In this document: piece after piece, positions 20,275-30,140 of the stretch
Position numbering within the stretch: the first letter of the stretch is position 1
How the letters are laid out: each line of letters begins with the position of its first letter
Assembly: GCA_000503835.1 (NCBI GenBank)
Contig: CP006914.1
Span: 657,680-721,679, forward strand
From: a candidate division WWE3 bacterium RAAC2_WWE3_1
GTDB lineage: Bacteria > Patescibacteriota > WWE3 > UBA101185 > UBA10185
Direction: 5' to 3'
DNA: 64,000 nucleotides
Position numbers and translations under genes: made by a program
The notes under the pieces: model-generated
Database searches by the model: none
What the model was told of the DNA's origin: nothing
What the model saw: the letters and a program-made list of their open reading frames with translations, nothing else

Positions 20275-20291
20275 TTTTTAGAAAGTTTTAA

Positions 20292-21803
20292 ATGACAAAA
20301 CTTGAACTGGAAATACATGACGACGCCCTTTCGACGATAAATAAAATCAGAAACCTGAATGATTCAGGGATTGAACTGATTGTTCCCGAAGGTTCTATTC
20401 TCTTCGACAATATAATCAGTCTTAAACTTATCTCTCAGGCCGCCGACAAGAATCAAAAGATAATCCAGTTCACAACAACCGATGAAACCGGAGCCTCTCT
20501 CATCGCAATGCTGGAAGAGCCGGCGGGTCAGTCCGGACAGGACTACCGACCCGGGGAGATTGAACAGTTCGTAAACACTGCTCCGGAAAAGAGCCGCTTT
20601 ATTTTTAAAAAAGATATGCTTCCGAAGATAAAACTTCCGAAATTTAAAAGTGGCTTGATGCTGCCTGCAATAATTCTTGCGATACTGGCCGGAACAGTGT
20701 TTTTTCTTTCAAAAAAACCCGTGGCTTACGCAAGAGTTTTACTCAACTCCCAGCCTCTGACGAGAAGTACCACCGTAAAAGTGAAGCACGGAGGAACTAC
20801 AGACGCCGCAAAAATGGAATTGAAAGGACAGACACTGGACACCAATGTCGAAATTACGGATGAAATACCCGCAACGGGTGAGAAACTTGTGGGAAAAAAA
20901 GCGGAAGGGGAGGCGCTGCTTTATAACAAAACGGTTGAAGAAGTCGAACTTAAGAAAGGCAGCAAGTTAAATTATGATGAAAAAGACCTTGTCTATATCC
21001 TTGATGACGATGTTACTATTCCGGCACGCGTAGATGACCCGGTAGATCCTACAATAATAAAGCTCGGGGAAGCCACCGTAAAAATTACGGCAGCGGACAT
21101 AGGAAGTGACTACAACATCGACGCAAACGAAAACCTTGAAGTAGACGACCACAAATCAAGCGAAGTTGTGGCAAAAACGAAGGATGACCTGGAAGGGGGA
21201 GAGAGTAAAAAAGTAAAGGTGGTGGCAGAAGCGGACAAAGCGGCGCTTCAGAAAAAAGTTATAGAAGCCGCAAAGGAAAAGGCAGCCTCAGACCTGAAAT
21301 TTAAACTTGGAAAAACGCAACGTCTTATCGAAGGCTCCGTAATACCCACAATAACAAAAGAGGTTTATAGTGCAAAGCCGGGAGACGAAGCAGAAAAACT
21401 TATCCTTACAGGATACGCGAGCGCTTCGGGACTTACCTATCTGGACTCAGAGCTTAATTCCCTGCTCGATAAGATAGTCCAAAACCTGGTTCCTCAGGGG
21501 CACGTTCTCTCAGAAAAACAGCGCGAGGTCAGCGCAATACCTTTAGGTAACTCCAGTGCCAGCATACTTAATTCAGCCGAAGCCGACATGCAGATAACTT
21601 TAAAGACCTTTACCGTAACGGCAGTTGACAAAGAAGAGCTTAAAAAGACTCTGGCCGGAAAATCGGTGGCGGAAGCCGAAAAGGTCCTGGGAAGCATCGG
21701 CAGTCTTAGCACCTATTCCATCGAAATCAAGCCCGTGATACCCCTGTTTAACAAAGTTCCCAAGGATCTGAACAGGATCAATCTGGAAGTAGAGAATGAG
21801 TAA
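20292..21803 (+). CDS. hypothetical bitopic membrane protein (about 120-aa cytoplasmic domain, one TM, large K/E-rich extracytoplasmic domain)
   Basis: 503 aa. TM at about residues 122-140 (LPAIILAILAGTVFFL). May partner the upstream PilM-like ATPase. Confidence 0.45.
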   Translation: MTKLELEIHDDALSTINKIRNLNDSGIELIVPEGSILFDNIISLKLISQAADKNQKIIQFTTTDETGASLIAMLEEPAGQSGQDYRPGEIEQFVNTAPEKSRFIFKKDMLPKIKLPKFKSGLMLPAIILAILAGTVFFLSKKPVAYARVLLNSQPLTRSTTVKVKHGGTTDAAKMELKGQTLDTNVEITDEIPATGEKLVGKKAEGEALLYNKTVEEVELKKGSKLNYDEKDLVYILDDDVTIPARVDDPVDPTIIKLGEATVKITAADIGSDYNIDANENLEVDDHKSSEVVAKTKDDLEGGESKKVKVVAEADKAALQKKVIEAAKEKAASDLKFKLGKTQRLIEGSVIPTITKEVYSAKPGDEAEKLILTGYASASGLTYLDSELNSLLDKIVQNLVPQGHVLSEKQREVSAIPLGNSSASILNSAEADMQITLKTFTVTAVDKEELKKTLAGKSVAEAEKVLGSIGSLSTYSIEIKPVIPLFNKVPKDLNRINLEVENE

Positions 21804-22236
21804 GAAAAAGGTTGTAGAAACAAACAAAAGCTATATCGGCATAGATTACGGCAGGAGTAACATCGGGGTCGCATTGGGAAAAAACGGATTCGTAACTCCT
21901 CTCAAAATAGTCAGCGGAAAAAGCCAAAACGGCGCGATAAGTGAGCTTATAAGGGCAGCGTTGGAGAACAAGGCCGCAGCATATGTAATGGGACTTCCCT
22001 TAACGGTAGATGGTAAGGAGACAGCGCAGTCTTTAGCAAACAGAAAGTTCGCTAAACTCCTAAGGATAATATCCAGAAAGCCTGTGATATTTACGAACGA
22101 AGCAGAATCAACACAGGAAGCACTTGAAAGCATGACTATTCAAAAAAGTACCGGAAGAAGGAAAGCTTACTCCGATGACATTGCGGCTGCGATAATACTC
22201 AGGCGTTTTTTTCAGGAAACCCCTGGAGGAGTTTAA
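21796..22236 (+). CDS. ruvX: Holliday junction resolvase-like RuvX/YqgF
   Basis: IGIDYGRSNIGVALG ... GLPLTVDGKE motifs of YqgF/RuvX. Confidence 0.8.
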   Translation: MSKKKVVETNKSYIGIDYGRSNIGVALGKNGFVTPLKIVSGKSQNGAISELIRAALENKAAAYVMGLPLTVDGKETAQSLANRKFAKLLRIISRKPVIFTNEAESTQEALESMTIQKSTGRRKAYSDDIAAAIILRRFFQETPGGV

Positions 22237-22438
22237 CCTCTGTCGACCCGCACTGACAACATTCAAAATTTTCTCCCGGCGTCAAGCACGACGGGCATAT
22301 AAAAACGCCCTCTTTTTCAACCAAATCTTCCTGCTTACAGGTGTTGCACAAGAACATAACCTGGTCCTGCGGTATTTTCCCGCATTTCGGGCACTGGAAT
22401 TTTAGGGAGGCTCTTTCCTGTTTATTAATTTCCGACAT
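22199..22438 (-). CDS. zinc-ribbon protein (multiple CxxC pairs)
   Basis: 79 aa with CPKCG, CNTCK, CPSC and CCQCG pairs. Convergent 38-nt overlap with ruvX. Confidence 0.4.
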   Translation of the reverse strand: MSEINKQERASLKFQCPKCGKIPQDQVMFLCNTCKQEDLVEKEGVFICPSCLTPGENFECCQCGSTEVKLLQGFPEKNA

Positions 22439-22501
22439 AACAATACGCTAGCAAAAATCACGATGATTGTCACCATCGGGCGCATAGTCTAGAATGCATA
22501 C

Positions 22502-23464
22502 ATGAGCCTTCTACAAATATTCCTGATAGTATATTTAGCGGCCGGCGTGGTGTATGTCGGGTTCGTTCTATCACAAAGGTCTTTCAGTATTTTTATGCTG
22601 CCTATAAATATCCTCGGCGGTCCGCTCCTGGCGCTTCATTACTTCATAAAATATTTTTTAAAAAAGGACGCCGGTCCCGCGAAGATAAGACACAAGGACA
22701 TTCTGAAAGGGAAGAAGGCAGTGTTCTTTGATCTAGACGGCACAATATGGGACTCGGACATGCTGTGGGTAGAGGCAATAGAAAAAGTTGCCGTTGATAA
22801 CGGCCTCGGAAAAATAGATATAAGGAGTACGTATATGCCGGGAACGGAACTTGTGAAAATATGGAAAGTCCTGCGGGCTTACAACGGATTTAAATTTCCC
22901 GATAAGAAAGATCCCCGTACACTTGCCCGGGAGACTGAGGCCAGAATGGTAGAGCGTATAAATAGCTCGGAAAACATAGAGCTTATCGAAGGTTTCCGCG
23001 ATATCGCCTTTTTCTTAAAAGAAGAGAAGGGTTTAAAGCTCGGGCTGGTCACAAACTCAAGCAAAGAAGTAGCCGGGGCCCTGACACAGAAAGCAGGAAT
23101 ATCCTACATGTTCGACCTGATCCTTACCGGAAGCGAGATATCAAAAAAGAAACCGTCCCCGAAAATGTTTTTTAAGGCAGCAAGAAAACTTCGTGTCCCT
23201 CCAAAAAACGTGCTTGTGTTTGAGGACTCCTTGTCGGGCTCAAAAGCCGCCTGGAGGGCCGGGATGGACCAGATAATCATATGGAGAACGGATATTCCTC
23301 AGGTAGATTACCACGGTAATATATACGGATTCTATCCCGACTTTGAGAGCCTGGATAAAATAATAAGCGCGTCGTCCCACCAAAGAGTTCTTGAAGGGAT
23401 AAAACACTTTAGAGAATCAAAGGGAATTTTGGATACGCCCGAAGAACCGCAGGTTAATCAATAA
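22502..23464 (+). CDS. membrane-anchored HAD-family hydrolase
   Basis: Two N-terminal TM helices, then HAD motif I FFDLDGTIWDS and motif IV-like VFEDSLSG. Confidence 0.7.
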   Translation: MSLLQIFLIVYLAAGVVYVGFVLSQRSFSIFMLPINILGGPLLALHYFIKYFLKKDAGPAKIRHKDILKGKKAVFFDLDGTIWDSDMLWVEAIEKVAVDNGLGKIDIRSTYMPGTELVKIWKVLRAYNGFKFPDKKDPRTLARETEARMVERINSSENIELIEGFRDIAFFLKEEKGLKLGLVTNSSKEVAGALTQKAGISYMFDLILTGSEISKKKPSPKMFFKAARKLRVPPKNVLVFEDSLSGSKAAWRAGMDQIIIWRTDIPQVDYHGNIYGFYPDFESLDKIISASSHQRVLEGIKHFRESKGILDTPEEPQVNQ

Positions 23465-23765
23465 ACGTAAAAATAATCTTGTCCAGCTTTACAAAAAACA
23501 TCGGGTTTTTCAAAGATTTTATAAACTTCCATAAATTACCGGAGTCCCCGGAAACTACCAACTCACTGTGATCGGACGAGTAGTGCTCAACCCCGTGCAG
23601 ATGGAGTTTAAATGTACGGATTTTGGTCCGGAGAAACAACTGCGTCCATATCTTTTCGTGTTTACCAAGTATATTCATTTGTAGTTTTCTTTTCTTTGTT
23701 TCTTTCATATCTACCAAAGAACCGTATATTATAACACACAGAATCGGAGATGCGAAACGGACAAA

Positions 23766-23774
23766 AGTGGATAA
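23766..23774 (-). promoter_or_regulatory. DnaA box (TTATCCACT, 8/9)
   Basis: AGTGGATAA on the + strand. Lies in the dnaA upstream region. Confidence 0.5.
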
Positions 23775-23861
23775 AAAACAACAAAGATTAGACAGAATTC
23801 ACAAAATGGCCAAGACACCAAACAAAAAGCTTCCAACAAGCAACACAAGTTGCTTTATCAT

Positions 23862-23870
23862 TGTGGATAA
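23862..23870 (-). promoter_or_regulatory. DnaA box (TTATCCACA, perfect)
   Basis: TGTGGATAA on the + strand, about 50 nt upstream of the dnaA start. Confidence 0.6.
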
Positions 23871-23920
23871 CTTTTGATATATTTGACAAATCCCGCCTAA
23901 AAAGAAATTTTTTGCACCCT

Positions 23921-25330
23921 ATGATGGAGAACTTTAAAGAAAAACCAATAGAGTTCTGGAAGGCTGTCCTCGGAGAAGTAGAACTTAAACTATCACCCAT
24001 GGTGTTTAAATCTTTAGTTTCCAGAACCACCGCAGAAATTGATAACGACGGAAACTTAAAGGTTCTGTGCGAGGACGATTTTGTTAAAAACAACGTAGAA
24101 AAAAGGTATAACGGGGTAATCGAGGAGGCAGCCATGAAACTTGCCAACCGCAGGGTGTTGCTTAAAGTAGTAGTAAAAAAAGCGGGTGTAGAAGAAAAAT
24201 CCGCCGCGGCAGCTGCTAATACAAACTTGGGGCCCCTTTTTATCCAACCAAGATCTCCCGCGGACACAATGAGGGAAAAACAGAAAAAATCCAACCTGTC
24301 TCCCAAGTTCACGTTCGAAAGTTACGTTATGGGAAAAAACAACAACCTCGCATATGCCATAGCCACGGCTGTGGCCCAAAGACCGGGAGAGTTATACAAC
24401 CCTGTTTTCGTATATTCCGGGGTAGGTTTAGGAAAAACACACTTGATCCAGGCAATAGGCAATGAAATAGTAAAAAACAAGCCGGGAATGAATGTTGTAT
24501 ACACGACCGGGGAAGCCTTTACGAACGAGCTCATAGATGCAATCAAGAACGGTAAGGGAGGTCCGGGTAAATATACTACCAACGATTTTAGAAATAAGTT
24601 CAGAAAAGCCGATGTGCTCCTGATAGACGATATCCAGTTCGTGATAGGAAAAGAGGCCACGCAGGAAGAGTTTTTCCACACATTCAACGCGCTTTACATG
24701 GCGCAAAAACAGATAGTGATTACTTCTGACCGCCCCCCAAAGGACTTCAACAGTTTTGAAGAAAGAATAACGTCAAGATTCAGCAGTGGAATAATCGCGG
24801 ACATACAAGCCCCGGACATGGAGGTCAGGGCGGCTATTCTGAGAACAAAGAGGGATATGCTGGGACACAACATTTCGAACGAAGTTCTTAATTTTATTGC
24901 CGAAAGCGTCACAACAAATATCAGAGAGTTGGAGGGTGCCTACGTGCAGGTATTAAGCGGCGCTATGGCCTCAAAGATAGAGCCTACCAAAGAATCCGCC
25001 GCGGCCGCTCTAGGACAAAACCTCAGAAACAACCAAAAAAGGAATGTCAGTGTAAACGAAATATTAAAGGCAGTATGTACTTACTACGCTGTAAAAGTTC
25101 CGGACATAAAAGGAAAACGAAGAACAAAAGACCTGGTAATACCGCGCCAGGTGGCAATGTTTCTTATGAAAGAAATGACCGACACACCTTACATGACAAT
25201 CGGAGATTTTTTAGGAGGGAGGGACCACACCACCATAATGCACGGGGTAAGAACCATTGAGGGAGAAGTTTCAAAGGCCGGAAAGATAAAACAAGATATC
25301 GTTAACGTGCGGCTTACGTTGGCAGAATAA
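23921..25330 (+). CDS. dnaA: chromosomal replication initiator DnaA
   Basis: MMENFKEKPIEFWKAVL... N-terminus. AAA+ Walker A GVGLGKTHL, Walker B LLIDDIQF. C-terminal DNA-binding domain (...VAMFLMKEMTDTPY...IGDFLGGRDHTTIMHG). An upstream in-frame Met at 23861 is also possible. Confidence 0.9.
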   Translation: MMENFKEKPIEFWKAVLGEVELKLSPMVFKSLVSRTTAEIDNDGNLKVLCEDDFVKNNVEKRYNGVIEEAAMKLANRRVLLKVVVKKAGVEEKSAAAAANTNLGPLFIQPRSPADTMREKQKKSNLSPKFTFESYVMGKNNNLAYAIATAVAQRPGELYNPVFVYSGVGLGKTHLIQAIGNEIVKNKPGMNVVYTTGEAFTNELIDAIKNGKGGPGKYTTNDFRNKFRKADVLLIDDIQFVIGKEATQEEFFHTFNALYMAQKQIVITSDRPPKDFNSFEERITSRFSSGIIADIQAPDMEVRAAILRTKRDMLGHNISNEVLNFIAESVTTNIRELEGAYVQVLSGAMASKIEPTKESAAAALGQNLRNNQKRNVSVNEILKAVCTYYAVKVPDIKGKRRTKDLVIPRQVAMFLMKEMTDTPYMTIGDFLGGRDHTTIMHGVRTIEGEVSKAGKIKQDIVNVRLTLAE

Positions 25331-25361
25331 TGTGCATAAAATAGTATAATACTACAAGCCC

Positions 25362-25557
25362 TGTGGACAAGTGCCCTGAGTTATACACAAGAGTATCCCC
25401 AGGAATATAGGACTTTTCAACAAACACAGTTGCCAGCAATTCAACTTTTATATTTTAACAAGAGTGCTTAAGGCCGAAGGAATCACTTTTTCTGCCTGTC
25501 CACAAAACCGGTGGAGGCCAAACGCCCGAGCAAAGCCAAACAGAGAGATTGTCCACA
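25362..25557. other. probable oriC region (DnaA-box cluster plus AT-rich tract) between dnaA and murT
   Basis: Three TTGTCCACA-type boxes at 25362-25370 (reverse orientation), 25497-25504 and 25549-25557. AT-rich stretch at 25585-25620 (TGAATATGTATATATAAAACTTAATGAAATATAAT). Additional boxes lie upstream of dnaA. Confidence 0.5.
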
Positions 25558-25630
25558 AATACACAGCACTAATGAAACTAAGACTGAATATGTATATATA
25601 AAACTTAATGAAATATAATGGGGATAACAA

Positions 25631-26776
25631 ATGTTGTTTTTAACAATACTGACTACAAAACTTCTTGCATTCCTTATAAAACTTTTCGGTCTTGGTTCAG
25701 GAGGTACCTGGCCCGGGCATGTTGCCTTAAGGTTATATCCGAACGTCTTGTCCGATTCCGGTATTTCTCCCTCTCTCGGTACGATTCTGGTATCAGGTAC
25801 TAACGGAAAGACCACTACAACTAAAATGCTCTGCCATGTTTTGCGCGGAAAAGGTCTTGTCGTCACCACTAACGCTTCGGGGGCAAACCTGACTAACGGT
25901 ATAGCTTCCGCCTTGCTTTTAGGCAACTCTCTGTTTAGTAAACGCCGCGCCGACTATGCCGTTCTGGAGGTAGACGAGTTCGCCCTGCCTTCCGTCTTAA
26001 CGCAAATGAAAGTTGAAGGAGTTGTACTGCTGAATCTTTCCCGCGATCAGCTGGACCGCTATGGGGAAACCGACCTCATTCTCGAAAGGTGGGAAAAATC
26101 CGTAAATGAAAGCGACATTAATTGCGTGGTTTTGGACAAATCTTTTAAGTACTTTAGTGAAATGAGGTTTACGTCGGGTGTGCAGGTTGTCGACACTCAG
26201 GACATTCCGGAAGGAGCCTTACCGGCAGAGCTGAAGGAAAGGTTTCACGCCAAGAATATAAAAGCGGTCTTAGCAACGTTGTCCTTTTTAGGGATTCCGT
26301 TCGAGGAGGCCGCCTTATTGCTGGCCGATTTTCAGGCGGCTTATGGTAGGGGAGAGGTGATTGGCTCCGGAGGTATTAATTTTCATTTGTTTCTGGCAAA
26401 GAATCCGGCAAGCCTTGCTGCTAATCTGAAAGTTTTTGAAGAAAAGAAAAATGATTTTGATGCCGTACTTTTTATTCTGAATGACAACATCCCTGATGGG
26501 CGGGATGTCTCATGGATTTATGATGTTGAACCTTCGCTCGTTCTTTCGGCGTGCACCGGGAAAGAAGTTTATGTTTCCGGTGTGAGGGGTTTTGATATGG
26601 CCGTGAGACTTGATTACGCGGGCGTGTCTTTCCCCCAAAAGAACGTATCTGTATCAGTGCCTGAAATCATCGAGCACATAAAAAATAAAAGTTCTGTGAA
26701 AAATGTCGCTGTGTTTCCCAATTACTCTGCAATGCTGGATTTCAGGAAAATGCTGGTGGGAAGGAAAATATTATGA
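25631..26776 (+). CDS. murT: lipid II isoglutaminyl synthase subunit MurT (Mur-ligase family)
   Basis: ILVSGTNGKTTTTKMLCHVL P-loop. C-terminal AKNPASLAANL...NDNIPDGRDVSWIYDVE matches the MurT DUF1727 region. Confidence 0.85.
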   Translation: MLFLTILTTKLLAFLIKLFGLGSGGTWPGHVALRLYPNVLSDSGISPSLGTILVSGTNGKTTTTKMLCHVLRGKGLVVTTNASGANLTNGIASALLLGNSLFSKRRADYAVLEVDEFALPSVLTQMKVEGVVLLNLSRDQLDRYGETDLILERWEKSVNESDINCVVLDKSFKYFSEMRFTSGVQVVDTQDIPEGALPAELKERFHAKNIKAVLATLSFLGIPFEEAALLLADFQAAYGRGEVIGSGGINFHLFLAKNPASLAANLKVFEEKKNDFDAVLFILNDNIPDGRDVSWIYDVEPSLVLSACTGKEVYVSGVRGFDMAVRLDYAGVSFPQKNVSVSVPEIIEHIKNKSSVKNVAVFPNYSAMLDFRKMLVGRKIL

Positions 26777-27540
26777 ACAAACTTTCGATAGGGTACCTGT
26801 ACAAAGACGAACTCAATTTATACGGAGACAACGGAAACATCGAAGTGTTAGCCGCAAGATGCTTGCGCAGGGATATTGAATGCGAGATTGTTTTAATAAA
26901 TAAAGGGAAACTTTCCGCCTACGATCGATTGTCAGGGGTCAACTTATTGTTTATGGGAGGAGGGCCCGACTCATCCCAAAAATCAATTTACAGGGATTTT
27001 TTGGAAGAAAAAGAACCCTTCGTTCGGGACTACGTGGCCTCCGGAAAAACAGGACTGTTCGTGTGCGGCTCCTACCAGCTGATGGGTGATTACTACAGGT
27101 CGGCGGATGGAACTGAGCTGAAAGGGCTGGGTATATTTAAAGCTCACACCGTTCATTTCGGGAAAAACAAACCCCGTTGTATAGGTAACGTCAGGGCTAG
27201 GCTCAACAACCAAATTTCCTCCGATTCGGTCTTTAAAAGCACGGATTTCTTAGGAGAAGAAGTGCTCGGGTTCGAGAACCATGGTGGCAGGACCTATCTT
27301 GACGCCGGGGTAAAGCCTTTTGCGCACGTAACGTACGGGCACGGAAACAATTCCGAAGACGCTACTGAAGGAATTGTCGAAGGAAATTGTATAGGCACTT
27401 ATTTTCACGGCCCCGTACTTGCAAAAAACCCTCATTTAGCGGATTATCTAATTGCAAAAGCTTTGGATGTTAATGAGTTGCCAAAGCTGAACGACGCGCT
27501 CACAACCGCTTCTTACACTGCCTCAAAGAAGCTGAGGTAA
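26773..27540 (+). CDS. gatD: lipid II isoglutaminyl synthase glutaminase subunit GatD (CobB/CobQ-like GATase)
   Basis: LNLYGDNGNI, FMGGGPD, catalytic Cys in FVCGSYQLMG, GFENHGGRTY, YFHGPVLAKNP. 4-bp overlap with murT. Confidence 0.9.
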   Translation: MNKLSIGYLYKDELNLYGDNGNIEVLAARCLRRDIECEIVLINKGKLSAYDRLSGVNLLFMGGGPDSSQKSIYRDFLEEKEPFVRDYVASGKTGLFVCGSYQLMGDYYRSADGTELKGLGIFKAHTVHFGKNKPRCIGNVRARLNNQISSDSVFKSTDFLGEEVLGFENHGGRTYLDAGVKPFAHVTYGHGNNSEDATEGIVEGNCIGTYFHGPVLAKNPHLADYLIAKALDVNELPKLNDALTTASYTASKKLR

Positions 27541-28758
27541 ATGAAGAAGATACAAATCTCAAAAATATTATTTTTTGTCCTCATCGCAGTTTTACCTGTC
27601 AATCTCGGTAAGCATTTTGAATTTTCAGGAGCTTATGTTTACGGAAATCTTGTTGATTACCTCGTTCCTGCTTTATATCCCCAGGACATTTTGGCACTTG
27701 TTCTTCTACTTGCGATTATTTTCGAAAAAAAGAAGATTGTATTACAGGGGCCTGTCAGGAAGTTGGGCGTCTTTTTAGGGCTCTTATTTCTCTCTTCCAT
27801 ATTCGCTTCGAGAGTTCTTCCGTCACTGTGGTTTTCTTTCAGAATATTTCTTTACTCTATGACGGCGGTATATGTTTATTTTTGGGTTGATCTGGAAAAG
27901 GACGCCGCGCTGTTACGGAAAATCCTGACCATACAATTTTTATTTATCAGTACTCTGGCCATTCTGCAGTTTTTTATGAGGGGAGCCGTCTTTGATAACT
28001 ACCTTTTTCTGGGCGAACAGCCCTATTCGGTTAGCACTCCCTTTATCACTAAGGAATTTTTCTTCGGCTCCGCAATACTTCCGCCTATGGGGTTATTCCG
28101 GCACCCTAACGTACTGGCGGGATATTTAGCTCTCCTGTTAATAATGACTATTTTCCGCTTCCCGAGAAACAACCTGGGAGTTGTCTCTTTTTGTCTTGGG
28201 CTGTTGGCACTTCTTATGACATTTAGTGTGTTTACGTGGGCGGTAGTTTTCTTAACTTTGGTTCTGTATAAAATACTCCCCGACAAAAAACACATAATGT
28301 ACCTGTATCTTTTCGGGGCGTCGCTAATAATGCTGGTCCCGTTCTTTCCTTTCTCTTCTGACAGTGCCTCTTTTTACAGAAGGGACAGTCTTCTGGGGGC
28401 AAGCTATAGAATTGCGGGAGAATTTCCTTTACTTGGGGTCGGGGCGAACAACTTTACTTCTTACGTGGATGATTATCAGGTCACTGACGACATTAGATTC
28501 ACCCAGCCCGTGCATAACGTGTTTGCTTTGGTACTTGCGGAGTCAGGTGTTTTTGCTTTCCTGCTTTTTTTGCTCATCTTTTTTGAAGCGTACGCCGGAG
28601 TGTTCCGGGAAGGATCGACCCCCCTGTTTATTTCCATGTCCGTACTGCTTTTACTCATGAGTTTTGATCATTATTTTTGGACAATGCACCAGACATCACT
28701 TCTGTTTTTCCTTGTTCTGGGGTTGTCCTGGAAGTATGCCTATGGACAAAGAAATTGA
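27541..28758 (+). CDS. O-antigen ligase-like (Wzy/WaaL family) polytopic membrane protein
   Basis: About 10 TM helices with an extracytoplasmic loop containing HNVFALVLAESGVFAFLLFL, typical of the O-antigen ligase family. Confidence 0.55.
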   Translation: MKKIQISKILFFVLIAVLPVNLGKHFEFSGAYVYGNLVDYLVPALYPQDILALVLLLAIIFEKKKIVLQGPVRKLGVFLGLLFLSSIFASRVLPSLWFSFRIFLYSMTAVYVYFWVDLEKDAALLRKILTIQFLFISTLAILQFFMRGAVFDNYLFLGEQPYSVSTPFITKEFFFGSAILPPMGLFRHPNVLAGYLALLLIMTIFRFPRNNLGVVSFCLGLLALLMTFSVFTWAVVFLTLVLYKILPDKKHIMYLYLFGASLIMLVPFFPFSSDSASFYRRDSLLGASYRIAGEFPLLGVGANNFTSYVDDYQVTDDIRFTQPVHNVFALVLAESGVFAFLLFLLIFFEAYAGVFREGSTPLFISMSVLLLLMSFDHYFWTMHQTSLLFFLVLGLSWKYAYGQRN

Positions 28759-28779
28759 TATTTATATATAATTCTTTTA

Positions 28780-30093
28780 ATGCGCAACAAGCTCCTATTA
28801 ACTGCTCTTATACTGGTGATTCCTTTCCTTCTTACAGCGTGCACCCTTAAAGATTTGCCGGTTGTCGGTAGATTTTTCGGCGGAGGCGGCGGACTGCCCG
28901 GAGGACCGGTAACTCTGAATGTCTGGGGTCTGTGGGAAAATCCGGAAGTGATGCAGGAATTAATAGCTAAATACAAGGAAACCCATCCCAATGTTGATAT
29001 AAGGTATGACGATAGGAGTATTATGAAAGCTTCCCAGTACAAGGAAACTTTAGTCGGAAGGATCGGACAGCCCGACGTCGCCGACGTATTTTTAGTGCAC
29101 AACACCTGGGTGCCGGAGCTAAGGGGATCTCTCGCACCGGCTCCGTCGAAGACCGTAAACGAAGCGCAGTTTGTTGAAAGATATTATCCGGTAGCGAAAG
29201 ACAGTGCCGTCTTTGAGGGCAACGTGTATGCACTTCCCATGTATTACGACGGAATCGCGCTTGTTTATAATAAAAAACATTTTGAGGAGGAAGGGCAATT
29301 GTCTCCTCCTACCTCCTGGGAGGAATTTAGAAGACTCGCTTTTAACTTAACTAAGAGAGACGAGGACGGGAATGTTACGAGAGCTGGAGCTGCTATGGGT
29401 ACCGCGGACAACATCGATTTCTTTTCCGACATACTTGGAACTTTTTTTGCTCAAGCCGGAGTGGAAGTTCCGAGCGGCCTGGACAGCAAACCTGCAAGAG
29501 ACGCACTGGCCTTCTACGTCCTTTTCAGCAAATCAGACAAGGGGTGGGACAACAGCTTTCCGGAAGCATCTGCGGCGTTCGGACAGGAAAGAGTATCTAT
29601 GATTTTTGTCCCCAGCTGGAACTTGCTGGATATTTTAAAAGCACGTCCCGATCTGCAGATCGGCGTCGCCCCGATTCCTCAGGCGACTCTGGACAGCCCT
29701 GTTTCCTGGGCAAGTTTTTGGATGTATGCGGTTCCGGCGGCCAGCCCGAATAAAGAGGCTGCCTGGGAGTTTATAAACTTTTTAGCCCAGGAAGAGTCTC
29801 AGTCGGCACTTTTTAATGCCGCCGTAAGGTACAGAACCTACGGTGCCCCCTTTAGCTTAGTTTCCCTGAAAGACCAAGTTTCCGCAGGTCCTTACGGAAC
29901 TTATCTCAAACCAATATTAGAAACCGCGACTTACGCGAAGTCCACGCCGTTTGCGTCACGTGCAGGTAATGATATTTATGTTAATGCTCTTAAGGAGGCG
30001 GTGAATTCGGTCCTTACCTCCACCGAGGACATAAAAATTGCCAGTGAGGCCGCGCTTAAAGTAGCAAAATCCAAAATAGTTTCTCCCAAATAG
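28780..30093 (+). CDS. ABC transporter substrate-binding lipoprotein (sugar/solute-binding family 1)
   Basis: Lipobox LLTAC after the signal peptide. VTLNVWGLWENPEV...IAKYKETHPNVDI pattern of family-1 SBPs. Confidence 0.7.
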   Translation: MRNKLLLTALILVIPFLLTACTLKDLPVVGRFFGGGGGLPGGPVTLNVWGLWENPEVMQELIAKYKETHPNVDIRYDDRSIMKASQYKETLVGRIGQPDVADVFLVHNTWVPELRGSLAPAPSKTVNEAQFVERYYPVAKDSAVFEGNVYALPMYYDGIALVYNKKHFEEEGQLSPPTSWEEFRRLAFNLTKRDEDGNVTRAGAAMGTADNIDFFSDILGTFFAQAGVEVPSGLDSKPARDALAFYVLFSKSDKGWDNSFPEASAAFGQERVSMIFVPSWNLLDILKARPDLQIGVAPIPQATLDSPVSWASFWMYAVPAASPNKEAAWEFINFLAQEESQSALFNAAVRYRTYGAPFSLVSLKDQVSAGPYGTYLKPILETATYAKSTPFASRAGNDIYVNALKEAVNSVLTSTEDIKIASEAALKVAKSKIVSPK

Positions 30094-30140
30094 ATTTGGA
30101 GCAGGTTTGAATAAGAGAAGTTTTGAGGTATTCTTTCCCC

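Noticed and set aside
23623-23877. 84-aa plus-strand ORF and 23454-23717 minus-strand ORF upstream of dnaA
   Set aside because: They fall in the DnaA-box-containing non-coding leader, have low-complexity translations and no RBS context. The minus-strand ORF is retained only as very doubtful.
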